Part shown: positions 1 to 9,924 of the stretch, in pieces | How the letters are laid out: each line of letters opens with the position of its first letter | Position numbering within the stretch: the first letter of the stretch is position 1 | NCBI GenBank assembly: GCA_965223155.1 | Contig: CBDCVR010000013.1 | Location: 64,001-128,000, forward strand | Reading direction: 5' to 3' | DNA from: Candidatus Multivoradales bacterium | GTDB taxonomy: Bacteria > Acidobacteriota > Thermoanaerobaculia > Multivoradales > JAHEKO01 | DNA: 64,000 bases | Notes under the pieces: model-generated | Databases searched by the model: none | The model's input: the letters and a program-made list of their open reading frames with translations, nothing else | Told to the model about the DNA's origin: nothing | Translations under genes and position numbers: made by a program

Positions 1-384
1 CCCTTCCAGCAGGACGAAGAACGCCAGGACCCGCAACACTTCGGGCAGGCGTGGGTCCAGGCCGGCGAAAGCCCCGGCGCCGGCGATCAGGCCGACGGTC
101 ACGATCGTGCCGGCCAGGACCTCCCAGAGGAGGACGCTGCCGTAGGGCTCCTTCTCGTTGCGAACGAGCTCGTAGGGGAGTCCGAAATCGCGGACGAAGC
201 CGGCGATGATGACCGTTGACCAGGCCAGGGCAAACAGACCGTGCTCGTCTGGCAGCACCAGCCGGGCAAGGGCCAGATCGCTGGCTAGGCGCAGCAGCGT
301 GCGGCCGAACTGGCTGCCGTAGGCGGCCGCGGTCGAGTGCAAGAACCTGCGCTCGGTGCTCGACTTCTGGGAGGGGGCGCTCAA
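1..384 (-). CDS. Wzx-like oligosaccharide/polysaccharide flippase, N-terminal part (runs off window start)
   Basis: Not in the ORF track; translated by hand from a TTG overlapping the GT2 stop (TTGA): MSAPSQKSSTERRFLHSTAAAYGSQFGRTLLRLASDLALARLVLPDEHGLFALAW...RDFGLPYELVR. Matches the LARLLxPxxFG and DxGL pattern of polysaccharide biosynthesis flippases. Confidence 0.75.
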   Translation of the reverse strand, partial: MSAPSQKSSTERRFLHSTAAAYGSQFGRTLLRLASDLALARLVLPDEHGLFALAWSTVIIAGFVRDFGLPYELVRNEKEPYGSVLLWEVLAGTIVTVGLIAGAGAFAGLDPRLPEVLRVLAFFVLLEG

Positions 385-1253
385 GCGGCTTCAGTCCAGT
401 GGGCGGCGACGGTTCGGTACCAGGTGCGCCAGAACAGAGCCACCGCGGGGAGGCAGGTCAGCGCCGGCAGTAACCGCGGGTGGCGGGTGAAGATGCCGAG
501 AGCGCGCACCCAAGCCTTCGGCAAGGCAGCGGCTCGCAGCCGGCGCGGGCTCACCCAGGTGGGCCCGCGATCGAACACCCCGGGGTGCTTGCGCCGGAAG
601 GTGTTGAAGTGCCGTCCGTACCAGCGGGCGTGCTCGACAAGGTCGCTCCGTGTGGCGCGTACGGCGGCGTGGCGCACGACGGCTTCGGGCTCAAAGGCGC
701 AACCAATGCCGAGGGCGCGGGCACGAAAGAACCAATCGTGGTCCTCGCTGGTGACGAGCTCGGCGTCAAAGCCGCCGACTTCGTCCCAGGCCTGCCGTCG
801 CATCGACAGGTTGAGGCTGCCGAGCGGCCGGCCGCTCGGGTTCTCTGGCGGATGGTTCGAGAGTAGGCCATGAAAGGACGCGATGTTGTCCGCGACCGCC
901 CAGCGGTTGCCGTTGAGAGCGAAGTCAACACTGCCGCCCACGACCGGCGCCTCGGCCAGCGCGGTCAGATGCTCGTCCAGCCACAGGGCGGCGGGCTGGC
1001 AATCGGCGTCCAGAAAGACGAGGACGTCGCCGTGAGCGTGGTCCACGCCAAGGTTGCGCGCCCCCCCGGGAGACAGCGGGCCGTCCCCTTGGATCAGGCG
1101 AACCCGAGCCGAGGGCCGCACGACCTCCGGGCCGTCGCTGCCGACGACCAGGATCTCGGAGTCTTCCTCCGGAAGCTGGGCCGCCGCCGCCTCGACCGCG
1201 CGCCCGGCCAGCGGGCAGTCGCGGTTGGGAATGATGATCGAGACCCTGGGCAC
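381..1253 (-). CDS. Family 2 glycosyltransferase
   Basis: VSIIIPNRD, GGARNLG, VFLDADC (DxD), VGGFD and SEDHD motifs. Start set at GTG 1253; the ORF-track extension to 1496 looks non-coding. Confidence 0.9.
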   Translation of the reverse strand: MPRVSIIIPNRDCPLAGRAVEAAAAQLPEEDSEILVVGSDGPEVVRPSARVRLIQGDGPLSPGGARNLGVDHAHGDVLVFLDADCQPAALWLDEHLTALAEAPVVGGSVDFALNGNRWAVADNIASFHGLLSNHPPENPSGRPLGSLNLSMRRQAWDEVGGFDAELVTSEDHDWFFRARALGIGCAFEPEAVVRHAAVRATRSDLVEHARWYGRHFNTFRRKHPGVFDRGPTWVSPRRLRAAALPKAWVRALGIFTRHPRLLPALTCLPAVALFWRTWYRTVAAHWTEAA

Positions 1254-1571
1254 GTCCGGATGCTGCTGAGGCTCTGGCGATTCTCTGGATGGTGTGAGGG
1301 GCGCGGCCGCGGGCGGACGGCTCTCGGGCGCTCTGCGGGCACCGGTGTGACCGGCGGATCCCCCTCCAAGGCACCCAAAACAACAGCATATACTCACTGC
1401 TGGCCGGGAAGGGTCGGATTTTCGTAGGGCCCGGAAGACGTCTCGAGGAGGGATCGTTCGACAACCGATTTGGCTCCGCGGTGTGAGGCGGCCCATCCAG
1501 GGTCATCCAGGGCCAGGCAGAGCCAGGCCAGAGCCGAATCGAACGAGATCCAATTGAGCCAATTGAGATCG

Positions 1572-3380
1572 ATGAGCCCGACGAGATCGACCGCACCCCT
1601 GGTGCTCACCTGCCTCAGTGTGTTCCTGGTGCTGTTGCCGCTGGCGGTGCCCACGCCCGGGACGCCCATGACGCTCAAGGCAGACGAGCCGGCCTATCTT
1701 CAGGCCGCCGTCAGCCTGGCTCTGGACGGAGACCTGGAGTTCCGCGAGGCCGACGCTCGCCGCCTGGTCGCCGCCTATCCCCACCGGCCGGTCGAGAACC
1801 TCATCCTGATGTCGACCGATGGCTGGCAGACGGTCTACTACGGCAAGCCGGTCAGCTACTCGGTGCTCGCGGCGCCGCTGGCGGCGGCCTTTGGTGCCCG
1901 GGGCTTGGTGGCCTTCAACATGCTGCTCTTCGTGGCGATGATCTGGCTGGGATTCTCGTATCTGCGCGACAAGGCACCGGACGGTTTAGCGGCGCTCTTC
2001 TCGGCCTCGTTCTTCTTGGTCTCGGTGGCGTTTGCCTACGTCTTCTGGCTCCATCCCGAGGTGCTGAGCATGTTCGGGATCATGGTTTGCCTGTATCCGG
2101 CCTTTGCCCGGGCCGGAGCCGAGAGTGCCCGCTGGGAGCGCTTCCTGACGAGTCCGGCGGGCGTGGCGCTTTCCGGCGCGGCCCTCTCTCTAGCGGTCTA
2201 CAACAAGCCCATGCTCGCGCTCTTGGGCGTACCGGCTCTGTACCGGTTCTGGCGGGAGCGCGGGCTGCGGACCGCCGGCGTGTGGCTGGTGGCGGCCGCG
2301 ATCGGGCTGGGCGGTCAGATGGCCGTGTCCGAGTGGCTGACCGAGGCGCCGACACCCTATCTCGGCACTTCGCGCGCCGGCCTCAAGATCGACGATCCCG
2401 AGAGGCTGGACGAGCTCTTCGCGCCTTTCCGCAAGGCGGTCACCGGCGAGCAGACCCACAGCTCGTACGGCTGGCTGGCGCGGGTTCCGAAGCTCTTTCC
2501 GAAGATGCTGCTCGAGAACGTCAAGTTCTTCTTCGTCGGCCGGCACACCGGATTGGTGCCGTACTTGCCATTCGCCGCGATCAGCCTGCTCCTGTTTCTG
2601 ATCCACGACCGCCGGGACCCGGCTCGCTGGCTGACCATCGGCGCGCTCGCGGGCGTGGCGGCGTTCTTCCTGATCTGGATCCACTACAACTGGCACGGCG
2701 GCGCTGGCTTTCAAGGCAACCGGTACTTCGTCAACGTCTATCCGGCCTTCTTGTTTCTGGTGCCCGCGCTCCGGCCGGCGTGGCTGACCGTGGTGGGATG
2801 GGTCCTGGGCGGCTTGTTCCTGGCGCCGACGCTGGTCACGCCCTACGGAGCCTCGATGCCGGCCCCGACCCTTCAGGCTCACGTGCGCGGAGCGCCCTTC
2901 GCCTGGTTGCCCCAGGAGCTGTCGATCTCGGCGCAGGTACCCGGATACACGACGTTCACTACTCGGGGCATCGCCGTTCGCGCCCGGCAGGATCTGATGC
3001 AGACCGTCGACCGGGGGCGAAGCTCGTTCTGGATCCGGGGTGGAGAAGAGGTAGAAGTCTGGCTTTCGGCCGGCCGGCCGATTCGAGCCGTCGAGATTGA
3101 GGTGGAGTCTCCGGTGGCCGGCAACGACGTGACTCTCGAACTGGCCGGCGAGCGGGTCACGGTGACTCCCGATCTTGGCGCCGACCCGGTCTCGATTCGA
3201 TTCGAGCCCGAGCGGCCCACCAAGGTGCGGAAGCAGTGGGCCAAGACCGTCTACGCCTACCGCATGGCGCTCGGCTCGAGTTCGGGACGCAACCCGAGGC
3301 GGCCGGACGGCGAGGTCGCGCAGCCCCAGTTCTACGTCGGCGCCGAGATCGCGATTCGGGACGTCGAGCTCGAGCCTTGA
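1572..3380 (+). CDS. Polytopic membrane protein, GT-C-fold glycosyltransferase-like
   Basis: Acidic KADEPAY motif after the first TM helix, many TM segments, GRHTGLVPY and GGAGFQGNRYF motifs, soluble C-terminal domain; lies next to GT2/flippase. Confidence 0.6.
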   Translation: MSPTRSTAPLVLTCLSVFLVLLPLAVPTPGTPMTLKADEPAYLQAAVSLALDGDLEFREADARRLVAAYPHRPVENLILMSTDGWQTVYYGKPVSYSVLAAPLAAAFGARGLVAFNMLLFVAMIWLGFSYLRDKAPDGLAALFSASFFLVSVAFAYVFWLHPEVLSMFGIMVCLYPAFARAGAESARWERFLTSPAGVALSGAALSLAVYNKPMLALLGVPALYRFWRERGLRTAGVWLVAAAIGLGGQMAVSEWLTEAPTPYLGTSRAGLKIDDPERLDELFAPFRKAVTGEQTHSSYGWLARVPKLFPKMLLENVKFFFVGRHTGLVPYLPFAAISLLLFLIHDRRDPARWLTIGALAGVAAFFLIWIHYNWHGGAGFQGNRYFVNVYPAFLFLVPALRPAWLTVVGWVLGGLFLAPTLVTPYGASMPAPTLQAHVRGAPFAWLPQELSISAQVPGYTTFTTRGIAVRARQDLMQTVDRGRSSFWIRGGEEVEVWLSAGRPIRAVEIEVESPVAGNDVTLELAGERVTVTPDLGADPVSIRFEPERPTKVRKQWAKTVYAYRMALGSSSGRNPRRPDGEVAQPQFYVGAEIAIRDVELEP

Positions 3381-5107
3381 ACGGGATCGCCGAGCGGAAC
3401 GCCTGGGCCTGGGCGCTTGCTGTCTTGTTCGGGCTGCTGGCGCTGTTTGCGGCAACTCTGTCCCGGGACGACTGGCCGGGCTTTGTCGGCGACGAGGCGA
3501 CCTACCTTCTGGCCGCCGAGAGCCTGGCCTGGGACGGGGACTACCTCTACGAGCGCGGCGATTACGACCGTTTCGTGGACCATTGGGGCAAGCGTCCCGA
3601 GTTCCTGCTCTTCTTGCAAAGCGACGATAGCGGCCGGACGCTGGTCTACTCGAAGCCGTTCTTCTATCCGCTGTTCGCCGCGCCATTTGCCCGGGTCTCG
3701 CCCACCCACGGGCCGCTGGTGGCCAATGTGTTGCTGGCGGCACTGGCGGCCTGGTTCGTGTCGCGGGCGCTGCGGCCCCGGCTGGGTGCGGAGGCGCCGC
3801 TCTGGGTGGCGACGTTCTTCTTCGGCTCGGTGGCGTTTGCCTACACCGTCTGGGCGCACGCCGATTCGTTCTTGATGTCCTTGACCGCGATCTCGCTAAG
3901 TCTTGCCGCCGGCTGGCGCCGGCGGGAGGAGGCTTCGCGTGGGCTTCTGGCGGCGTGTTTCGTGGCTGGAGTGCTGGCGGCGATGGTGGCGTTCAGCCGG
4001 CCTTTCTACGCGGTTCTTTTCTTGCCGCTGGCGGTCGCCCTGCCGCGCCGCCGGCGCCTGGCGGCGGCCGGAGCATTGGCCGCCGGCGCGCTGATGGTGG
4101 CGCTCTTCGCGGCCTGGACGCACTGGCAACTCGCCGGGGCGCTCACCAGCTACACCGGCGAGCGCGGCGGCTTCTATGCCCGGGTGGGACTGCCCGAGGT
4201 GGACTTTCCCGGCGAGACCTGGGACGAGGCGATCCGCCGCACGGGCAACTTCGCCTGGTACCAGGCACGGGAGCCGCTCGAACAGGAGACCCGCGTGGGA
4301 TTGTGGGGCTGGAACCTGGCGTACTTCCTGGCCGGCCGGCACGTGGGGCTCTTGCCGTACTTTCTGCCCGTGGTCTTGGGGCTTGCCTGGATCCGGTTCG
4401 ACCGCTGGAGGCTGGCCCTTCTGGCGGCCGCGGCGGCGGCCATGGCCGCGTTTTTCCTGTACCGGCCGTTCAATTTTTTTGGCGGCGGCGCGGCCATCGG
4501 CAATCGCTACTTCCTGCCGATCTATCCGCTGGCCTGGTTTCTGGTGGCTCGGCCACGCGCCGCATGGGCCCGGCGCCTGGCGCCCGCCGCGACTCTGGCC
4601 GTCGCCGCGCTCTTTCTGTGGCCGGTGTGGACGGATCTGGGGGAGTACCCCTTGACCTCCGAGCAGAGCCACCGGTTCGTTGCCCCCACGGCCAAGGGAC
4701 TGCTGCCGTACGAGACCACCCAAAGTCATCTCAAGCCAGGCGGCCAGGAAGACAAGATCCACCACGGCTTCTGGGTCCGGGTCCTGCGTCCCGGAACCCG
4801 GGTGATGGAAGACCGGATCTGGACTCGATCGGGCGAGTGGGCAAGCTTGCTGATCGCGATCGAAGACGAGCCGCCCAGACTGCGCCTCTTCGGCCCGGCC
4901 GGCACCGGCCTCGAGGTCGAGGGCGCGCAGGTCTCGAGCGAGCAGCGGGCCGGCGAGGTGACCGAATACCTGCTGGAGTTCAGCCGCCCCCGCGCCCGGC
5001 ACGCGATGTGGTGGCGTTGGGAGCCGCTGGCGCTCTACCTCTTGGAGTTCCGGTTTGCGGGTGCCGAGGGTGAGGTCGTCGGCTCGTATCTCGAGGCCCC
5101 CGAATGA
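3377..5107 (+). CDS. Polytopic membrane protein, GT-C-like (paralogue of the upstream gene)
   Basis: TTG start overlaps the upstream TGA. VGDEATY, YSKP, GRHVGLLPY and GGGAAIGNRYF mirror the motifs of the upstream gene. Confidence 0.6.
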   Translation: MNGIAERNAWAWALAVLFGLLALFAATLSRDDWPGFVGDEATYLLAAESLAWDGDYLYERGDYDRFVDHWGKRPEFLLFLQSDDSGRTLVYSKPFFYPLFAAPFARVSPTHGPLVANVLLAALAAWFVSRALRPRLGAEAPLWVATFFFGSVAFAYTVWAHADSFLMSLTAISLSLAAGWRRREEASRGLLAACFVAGVLAAMVAFSRPFYAVLFLPLAVALPRRRRLAAAGALAAGALMVALFAAWTHWQLAGALTSYTGERGGFYARVGLPEVDFPGETWDEAIRRTGNFAWYQAREPLEQETRVGLWGWNLAYFLAGRHVGLLPYFLPVVLGLAWIRFDRWRLALLAAAAAAMAAFFLYRPFNFFGGGAAIGNRYFLPIYPLAWFLVARPRAAWARRLAPAATLAVAALFLWPVWTDLGEYPLTSEQSHRFVAPTAKGLLPYETTQSHLKPGGQEDKIHHGFWVRVLRPGTRVMEDRIWTRSGEWASLLIAIEDEPPRLRLFGPAGTGLEVEGAQVSSEQRAGEVTEYLLEFSRPRARHAMWWRWEPLALYLLEFRFAGAEGEVVGSYLEAPE

Positions 5108-6789
5108 CGGGACACGGCAGAGCCCTGCTGACCGCCGCGGTCGGGATCCTTGGCCTGGCGGCCTGCTCGACGCCGCGCGCCGAGCCGCCGCCCAACGTCG
5201 TGCTGATCAATCTTTCGGGCCTGCGGGCCGACGGAGTGGAGGCGGGACTGGGAAGCCCGGAGCCCGCTGGCTCAGAGCCGGGCCCCGAGCTGAGCTCCGA
5301 GGCGAGCTCGACTGAGGGACCGAGGACGCGCGCGGTTCAGGCTCCTCGTCTGGAGGGGCTCGCCGCGCGGGGCGCGGTCTTCACTAACGTCTGGGCGACA
5401 TCGTCCAACCCCTGGATCGCCCAAGCTTCGCTGAGAAGCGGCCTTCTGCCCTCGGAGCACGGAGTGACCTCGCTCGACCACGCACTGTCCGACCAGGCTC
5501 CGGTGCTAGCGGAGCTCTTTGCCGCCGCTGGGTATCGCACGGCCGCCTTTGCCGAAGGTGGTGCCGTGGCCCGGGCGTTGGGCGCCGACCGGGGTTTCGA
5601 TCACTTCGAGTCATCGCTGCCCGAACGGGAGGGCGAAGGCCTCGGAGTCTTCGAGGCCGGTCTCGAGTTCGCGCGCGCGGGCGGAGAAGCACCGTTCTTC
5701 CTGTACCTCCAGAGCAACCGTCTCAAGCGTTTCGACTGGGGCGCGCCGGGCGGCTCGGGCGAGGGTCGGGTGCTGACGGCTATCGATCTGGCCCGGGTCA
5801 ACGGCGGCCACGAGCCTCTGACGCCCGCTCTCGCCAAGCGCGCGCGCCGTATCTACCGCCACGCGGTTTCCGAGGCGGACCGATCGCTGGGCCTGCTGCT
5901 TGATGGTCTCGATGAAGCGGGCCTGCTCGACCGGACCGTGGTCGCCGTCACCGCCGACCGTGGCAGCGAGTTGGGCGAGCACGGCAAGCTGGGCCAACAG
6001 CAGCTCTATCCCGAGGTGCTACGCGTGCCGGTCGTGGTGGCGGGTCCCGGGGTGGGAGCCGCTCACTCGGCGGCCCTTGGCCAGGTCGTGGACCTGGCGC
6101 CGAGCCTCCTGGATCTCGCCGGAGTACGGCGCCCGGCCATGACCGCGTGGCCGCTCCCTGGGCTGGGCTCGGCCGGAGCGACCCGCGACCGCGCGCTGGC
6201 GATCGCTAGAGAACGCCAGGCCCAGGGCACGCTGCTGGTGGAGCGCGCGGGGCGGAAGCTCCAGCTTGTAGTCAGCCGGCTGCGGGGGGAGTACGACGGG
6301 ACTTGGGTGACCCGCGAGATCCAATTCGATACCGAGGCCGGCGAGCTCGAGTTCGAGATGGCCGGCTATGCGGAACTTCGCGATATTTCGATTTCGGTCG
6401 ATGGACGTGAGGTGGCGACCATCGTGGCCGGCCCCGACTGGTCGGAGGAACGAGTCGCGCTGGGGCCGCCGGGGACCCGCCGGCGGATTCGGTTCGCGAC
6501 CCGGTCGTGCCGATCGCCGGCCGAGTTCGGTTCGACTCTGGACGAGCGGTGCCTGTCGTTCAAGCTCCGCGGCCTCGAGCTGGGCCGAACCGAGCTCTTC
6601 GACGTGAGCGTCGATCCCGGTGCCCGGTCCGATCTCTCCCTTGCCGAGCCCGAGTTGACCGACGAGTTGGTCCGAGAGCTTGAAGAGGACCAGCCCCGTC
6701 TCGTCGCCCGGCCAATGCCGGTGACCCTGCCACTCTCGGTTCTCACTGACCTCGAGCGCCTGCGCGAACTGCCCGAGCCGCCCGGGTAG
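5104..6789 (+). CDS. Sulfatase/alkaline-phosphatase-fold lipoprotein with degenerate active site
   Basis: Lipobox LAAC; NVVLINLSGLRAD, GYRTAAF, RGFD, TADRGSELGEHG, LYPEVLRVP, DLAPSLLDL. Coupled to the upstream gene by ATGA. Confidence 0.75.
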   Translation: MTGHGRALLTAAVGILGLAACSTPRAEPPPNVVLINLSGLRADGVEAGLGSPEPAGSEPGPELSSEASSTEGPRTRAVQAPRLEGLAARGAVFTNVWATSSNPWIAQASLRSGLLPSEHGVTSLDHALSDQAPVLAELFAAAGYRTAAFAEGGAVARALGADRGFDHFESSLPEREGEGLGVFEAGLEFARAGGEAPFFLYLQSNRLKRFDWGAPGGSGEGRVLTAIDLARVNGGHEPLTPALAKRARRIYRHAVSEADRSLGLLLDGLDEAGLLDRTVVAVTADRGSELGEHGKLGQQQLYPEVLRVPVVVAGPGVGAAHSAALGQVVDLAPSLLDLAGVRRPAMTAWPLPGLGSAGATRDRALAIARERQAQGTLLVERAGRKLQLVVSRLRGEYDGTWVTREIQFDTEAGELEFEMAGYAELRDISISVDGREVATIVAGPDWSEERVALGPPGTRRRIRFATRSCRSPAEFGSTLDERCLSFKLRGLELGRTELFDVSVDPGARSDLSLAEPELTDELVRELEEDQPRLVARPMPVTLPLSVLTDLERLRELPEPPG

Positions 6790-6828
6790 CGCGCACCCGT
6801 CGGGCCGGGCCGGTCGCCGGAACCGAGA

Positions 6829-7035
6829 TCAGGCCCCGTACAGCTCCAGCCCGGGAAGGTCGGTGAGGTCCGCCATGTTGAGGGTCCAGAGGGCGGCATC
6901 GTAGAGCAGAGACGTGGCGGCGATCGCGAGATCCACCTCGCGGCCGCGGGGCCGCGAAACGTTGGCATAGAGCCGCGCAGCCAACGAGGCCGTTTCCTCC
7001 GTCAACGGAAGCGCCTATTCGCGGGGAAGGAGCGA
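6829..7035 (-). pseudogene. Remnant of a PIN-domain (VapC-like) toxin, C-terminal half
   Basis: Hand translation: SLLPRE*ALPLTEETASLAARLYANVSRPRGREVDLAIAATSLLYDAALWTLNMADLTDLPGLELYGA*. DxxIAA and LWTxNxxD are PIN motifs. In-frame TAG at 7015-7017; no N-terminal half and no antitoxin. Confidence 0.7.
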
Positions 7036-7064
7036 CGAACCGAAGCTGTGCCCGGCATTTAACC

Positions 7065-8465
7065 CTAGATGGTCTTTTCCTTCCAGCCTCCCCGGCGAAA
7101 GGCCCAGGCGGCGATCACGGTCATCAGGAGCTCGGCGCAGACGATCGAGGTGTAGACGCCGCTTGGACCCCAGCCCAGAGGCCTGGCCAGAACGTAAGCC
7201 AGCGGAATCTCGAAGAGCCAGAAGGCGAAGACGTTGATGATCGTGGGCGTGACGGTGTCGCCGGCGCCGTTGAACGCCTGGATCAGAACCATGCCCAAGG
7301 CGTAGACGACATAGCCGTAGCTCACGATGCGGAGGCACGAGGCGGCGTTTTCGAGGACCTCGGGCTCGGTCGTAAAGAGCCCCACGATGGGCTCGGCGGC
7401 CGAGATGAAGAGGATCGAGACCAGGCCCAGGAAGAGCATGTTGTAGCGGCTCGACATCCACACCGCCCGCTCGGCGCGCTCGGGCTGGCCCGCGCCCAGG
7501 TTCTGGCCGACCAGGGTGGCGGCCGCGTTCGACATGCCCCAGGCGGGCATGAAGGCGAAGATCAGGATTCGAATGGCCAGGGTGTAGCCCGCCAGGGCCG
7601 CCTCGCCAAAGGTCGAGACGATACGCACCAGGGCCACCCAGCTCGCGGTCGAGACCAAGAACTGGAAGATCCCGAACAGGCTGACTCGGACCAGGCGCGT
7701 GGCGACCGGAGGCGCCAGGCGGAGCTGGTAGGTGCCGATCTCGACCCGGGTTCGGCCCCGCAACAGCGCTCGAAGCTGATACAGGACGCCGATGCCGCGG
7801 CCGATGGTGGTCGCTACCGCCGCTCCGGCCAACCCCATCTCGGGGAAGGGCCCCAAGCCGAAAATCAGGCAGGGATCGAGCACGATGTTGATGCCGTTGG
7901 CCAGGATCAGTGAGCGCATGGCCATCGAAGGGTCCCCGGCGCCCCGGAAGACCGCGTTGATCAAGAAGAGCAGGAAGATCGTGACGTTGCCGCCGAAGAT
8001 GATCCGGGTGTAGATAGAGCCGCTCTCCAGGATCTCTCCGGTGCCGCCCATCAGTCCGAGCAATCCCCGGGCGCCCAGCCCGCCGCCCAGACCCACGAGT
8101 ACGGCCAGAGCAATGCCCAGGCCGATGGCTTGAACCGCGACCAGGCCCGCGGCGCGGGGATCGCCTTCGCCGATGCGCCGGGCGACCATTGCCGTGGTGC
8201 CCATGCTGAGGCCTATGGCGATAGCGTAGAGCAGGGTAAGCATGGCCTCGGTGAGGCCGACCGTGGCCGCCGCCGCCGGCCCCAGCTTCAAGACGAAGAA
8301 GACGTCCACGACCGCGAAGACCGATTCCATCGACATCTCGAGCATCATGGGTACCGACAGCAACAGAATGGCGCGGCCAAGCGGTTCGCGGGTGTAGTCG
8401 AACTCGGCGCCACGCAGGGCGTCCCGCAGGTCGCGCCAAAGGTTGGATCGTTGGTTTCGAGACAT
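7065..8465 (-). CDS. MATE family efflux transporter
   Basis: LSVPMMLE, FRGAGD, NIVLDP, GLAGAAVAT and LVGQNLGA motifs; about 12 TM segments. Confidence 0.92.
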   Translation of the reverse strand: MSRNQRSNLWRDLRDALRGAEFDYTREPLGRAILLLSVPMMLEMSMESVFAVVDVFFVLKLGPAAAATVGLTEAMLTLLYAIAIGLSMGTTAMVARRIGEGDPRAAGLVAVQAIGLGIALAVLVGLGGGLGARGLLGLMGGTGEILESGSIYTRIIFGGNVTIFLLFLINAVFRGAGDPSMAMRSLILANGINIVLDPCLIFGLGPFPEMGLAGAAVATTIGRGIGVLYQLRALLRGRTRVEIGTYQLRLAPPVATRLVRVSLFGIFQFLVSTASWVALVRIVSTFGEAALAGYTLAIRILIFAFMPAWGMSNAAATLVGQNLGAGQPERAERAVWMSSRYNMLFLGLVSILFISAAEPIVGLFTTEPEVLENAASCLRIVSYGYVVYALGMVLIQAFNGAGDTVTPTIINVFAFWLFEIPLAYVLARPLGWGPSGVYTSIVCAELLMTVIAAWAFRRGGWKEKTI

Positions 8466-8660
8466 GAGCTTGATTCTTTCTACGCAAGCGGTTCGAGCCG
8501 GTTTGGACCGGAACGAGCCGCGATTGGTCGAGGTCGGGAAGCGGCGCGAGTGTGTCGCGCTGCCGGGCGGGAGATCGCCATTTCCGGTCGGTCGCCCGCC
8601 TCAGAGGCCGGCTCCGCTCCGGAGTCCGATTCGATGACGGATTCGAGAGACGGCCGCGAG

Positions 8661-9113
8661 CTACACGGCGTCTGGATCGGCTTTGCGCCGGCCGCCCACC
8701 AGGGCGCCTACGACTCCGACGATCGGAATGGTCCAGTTGTACCAGGGAGGCTGACGCGCGTGCTCGCCGGCCTCGGTAAACGTCATGTCGGCGACCGGCT
8801 TGTCGATCGGCTCCGACTTGGCTCGAACCCGCTCATAGGTGAGCGCGCTCACCAGACCGAGGGCGATGATCAGGCCGACGAGGATCTGAACGCCCTTCTT
8901 GGCGCCGATCTTGGCGGCGACGAAGCCGCCGGCGACAGCGGCCAGGAATCCGAATCCGAAGCTGAAGGCCAGCCATGCCGTCGACGGATAGGGTCCGTCG
9001 CCGTGGAAGGCGCCCTCGCCGCCCAGGATCGCCCAAGCCAGGCCGAGCCCGGCCATGACCACAATGATGATGACGATATAGCCGACCACCGCGCCGGCGA
9101 TTCCTTTGAGCAT
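8661..9113 (-). CDS. Hypothetical membrane protein (about 4 TM)
   Basis: MLKGIAGAVVG..., preceded by an AAGGAGGT Shine-Dalgarno; hydrophobic segments. Confidence 0.7.
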   Translation of the reverse strand: MLKGIAGAVVGYIVIIIVVMAGLGLAWAILGGEGAFHGDGPYPSTAWLAFSFGFGFLAAVAGGFVAAKIGAKKGVQILVGLIIALGLVSALTYERVRAKSEPIDKPVADMTFTEAGEHARQPPWYNWTIPIVGVVGALVGGRRKADPDAV

Positions 9114-9218
9114 CGCTACCTCCTTCGGATCGGACGTTTCTATCACTGCCGGGCCGCGTCCGCTAGCTCGCCTCGGGCCATTGACGGGCTGGCGCGAGTG
9201 CGACAGCCTCGGCGCGCG

Positions 9219-9740
9219 ATGGCAGGGCCGCTGGGTAAGCTGGGCAAGATCTTCGCCGGTTGGGGAGTGGTTGGCATTCTGGCGACGCTGGCGGATGCCG
9301 TCATCCGGCTGAGCGGCGTGGCGGCGCGAGCTTTCGAGCACCCCCTGTCGGCGGGGCAGTGGACAATGCTGCTGGCCTGGTGCGTCTTCATGCTGTACGT
9401 CGAGGGCTATCGCGGCTTCCACTTGCGATTCAGCCCGCGCTTGGTGGCTCGAGCCGCCCACCTGGCCCGCCGGCCGACCTGGCTGCGGGGGCTCCTGGCG
9501 CCGGCATTCTGCGCGGCGTTGTTTCACGCCTCCCGGCGTCGGGTGATCGCGAGCTGGTGCCTGGTCGTGGGAATCGTGGTGCTGATTCTGCTGATTCGTC
9601 AGTTGCCGCAACCCTGGCGCGGTCTTATTGACTGCGGTGTCATCGTGGGCCTGTCGGTGGGGGCTCTGTCGATCCTCTATTGGTCGGCGGTCTGGCTCAC
9701 CGGTCGGACTCTGCCCGAGCCCGCCGACGTGACCAGCTGA
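9219..9740 (+). CDS. Hypothetical membrane protein
   Basis: MAGPLGKLGK...; FMLYVEGYRGF, FSPR and QPWRGLIDCG segments; several TM helices. Confidence 0.7.
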   Translation: MAGPLGKLGKIFAGWGVVGILATLADAVIRLSGVAARAFEHPLSAGQWTMLLAWCVFMLYVEGYRGFHLRFSPRLVARAAHLARRPTWLRGLLAPAFCAALFHASRRRVIASWCLVVGIVVLILLIRQLPQPWRGLIDCGVIVGLSVGALSILYWSAVWLTGRTLPEPADVTS

Positions 9741-9924
9741 CCGCCTTGGTTTCGCCGGTTCGACCCACCCCGTGGGGTGGGAACCGCACCGCCCCGAAGT
9801 GTGTGGCGCGGCCGGGAGCCGAAAGGCATCGTGGCAGGGACGTGTGGCAGGTTCGATCGGTCGAATCTTCGCGATCTCGTCCGAGATTTCGCCTGCGATT
9901 GCGATCGATGGACTGGAGGCTGTG

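Noticed and set aside
7015-8487. 490-aa ORF overlapping MATE on the same strand
   Set aside because: Arg/His/Gly-rich alternative frame. Only its last few codons matter, as part of the VapC remnant.
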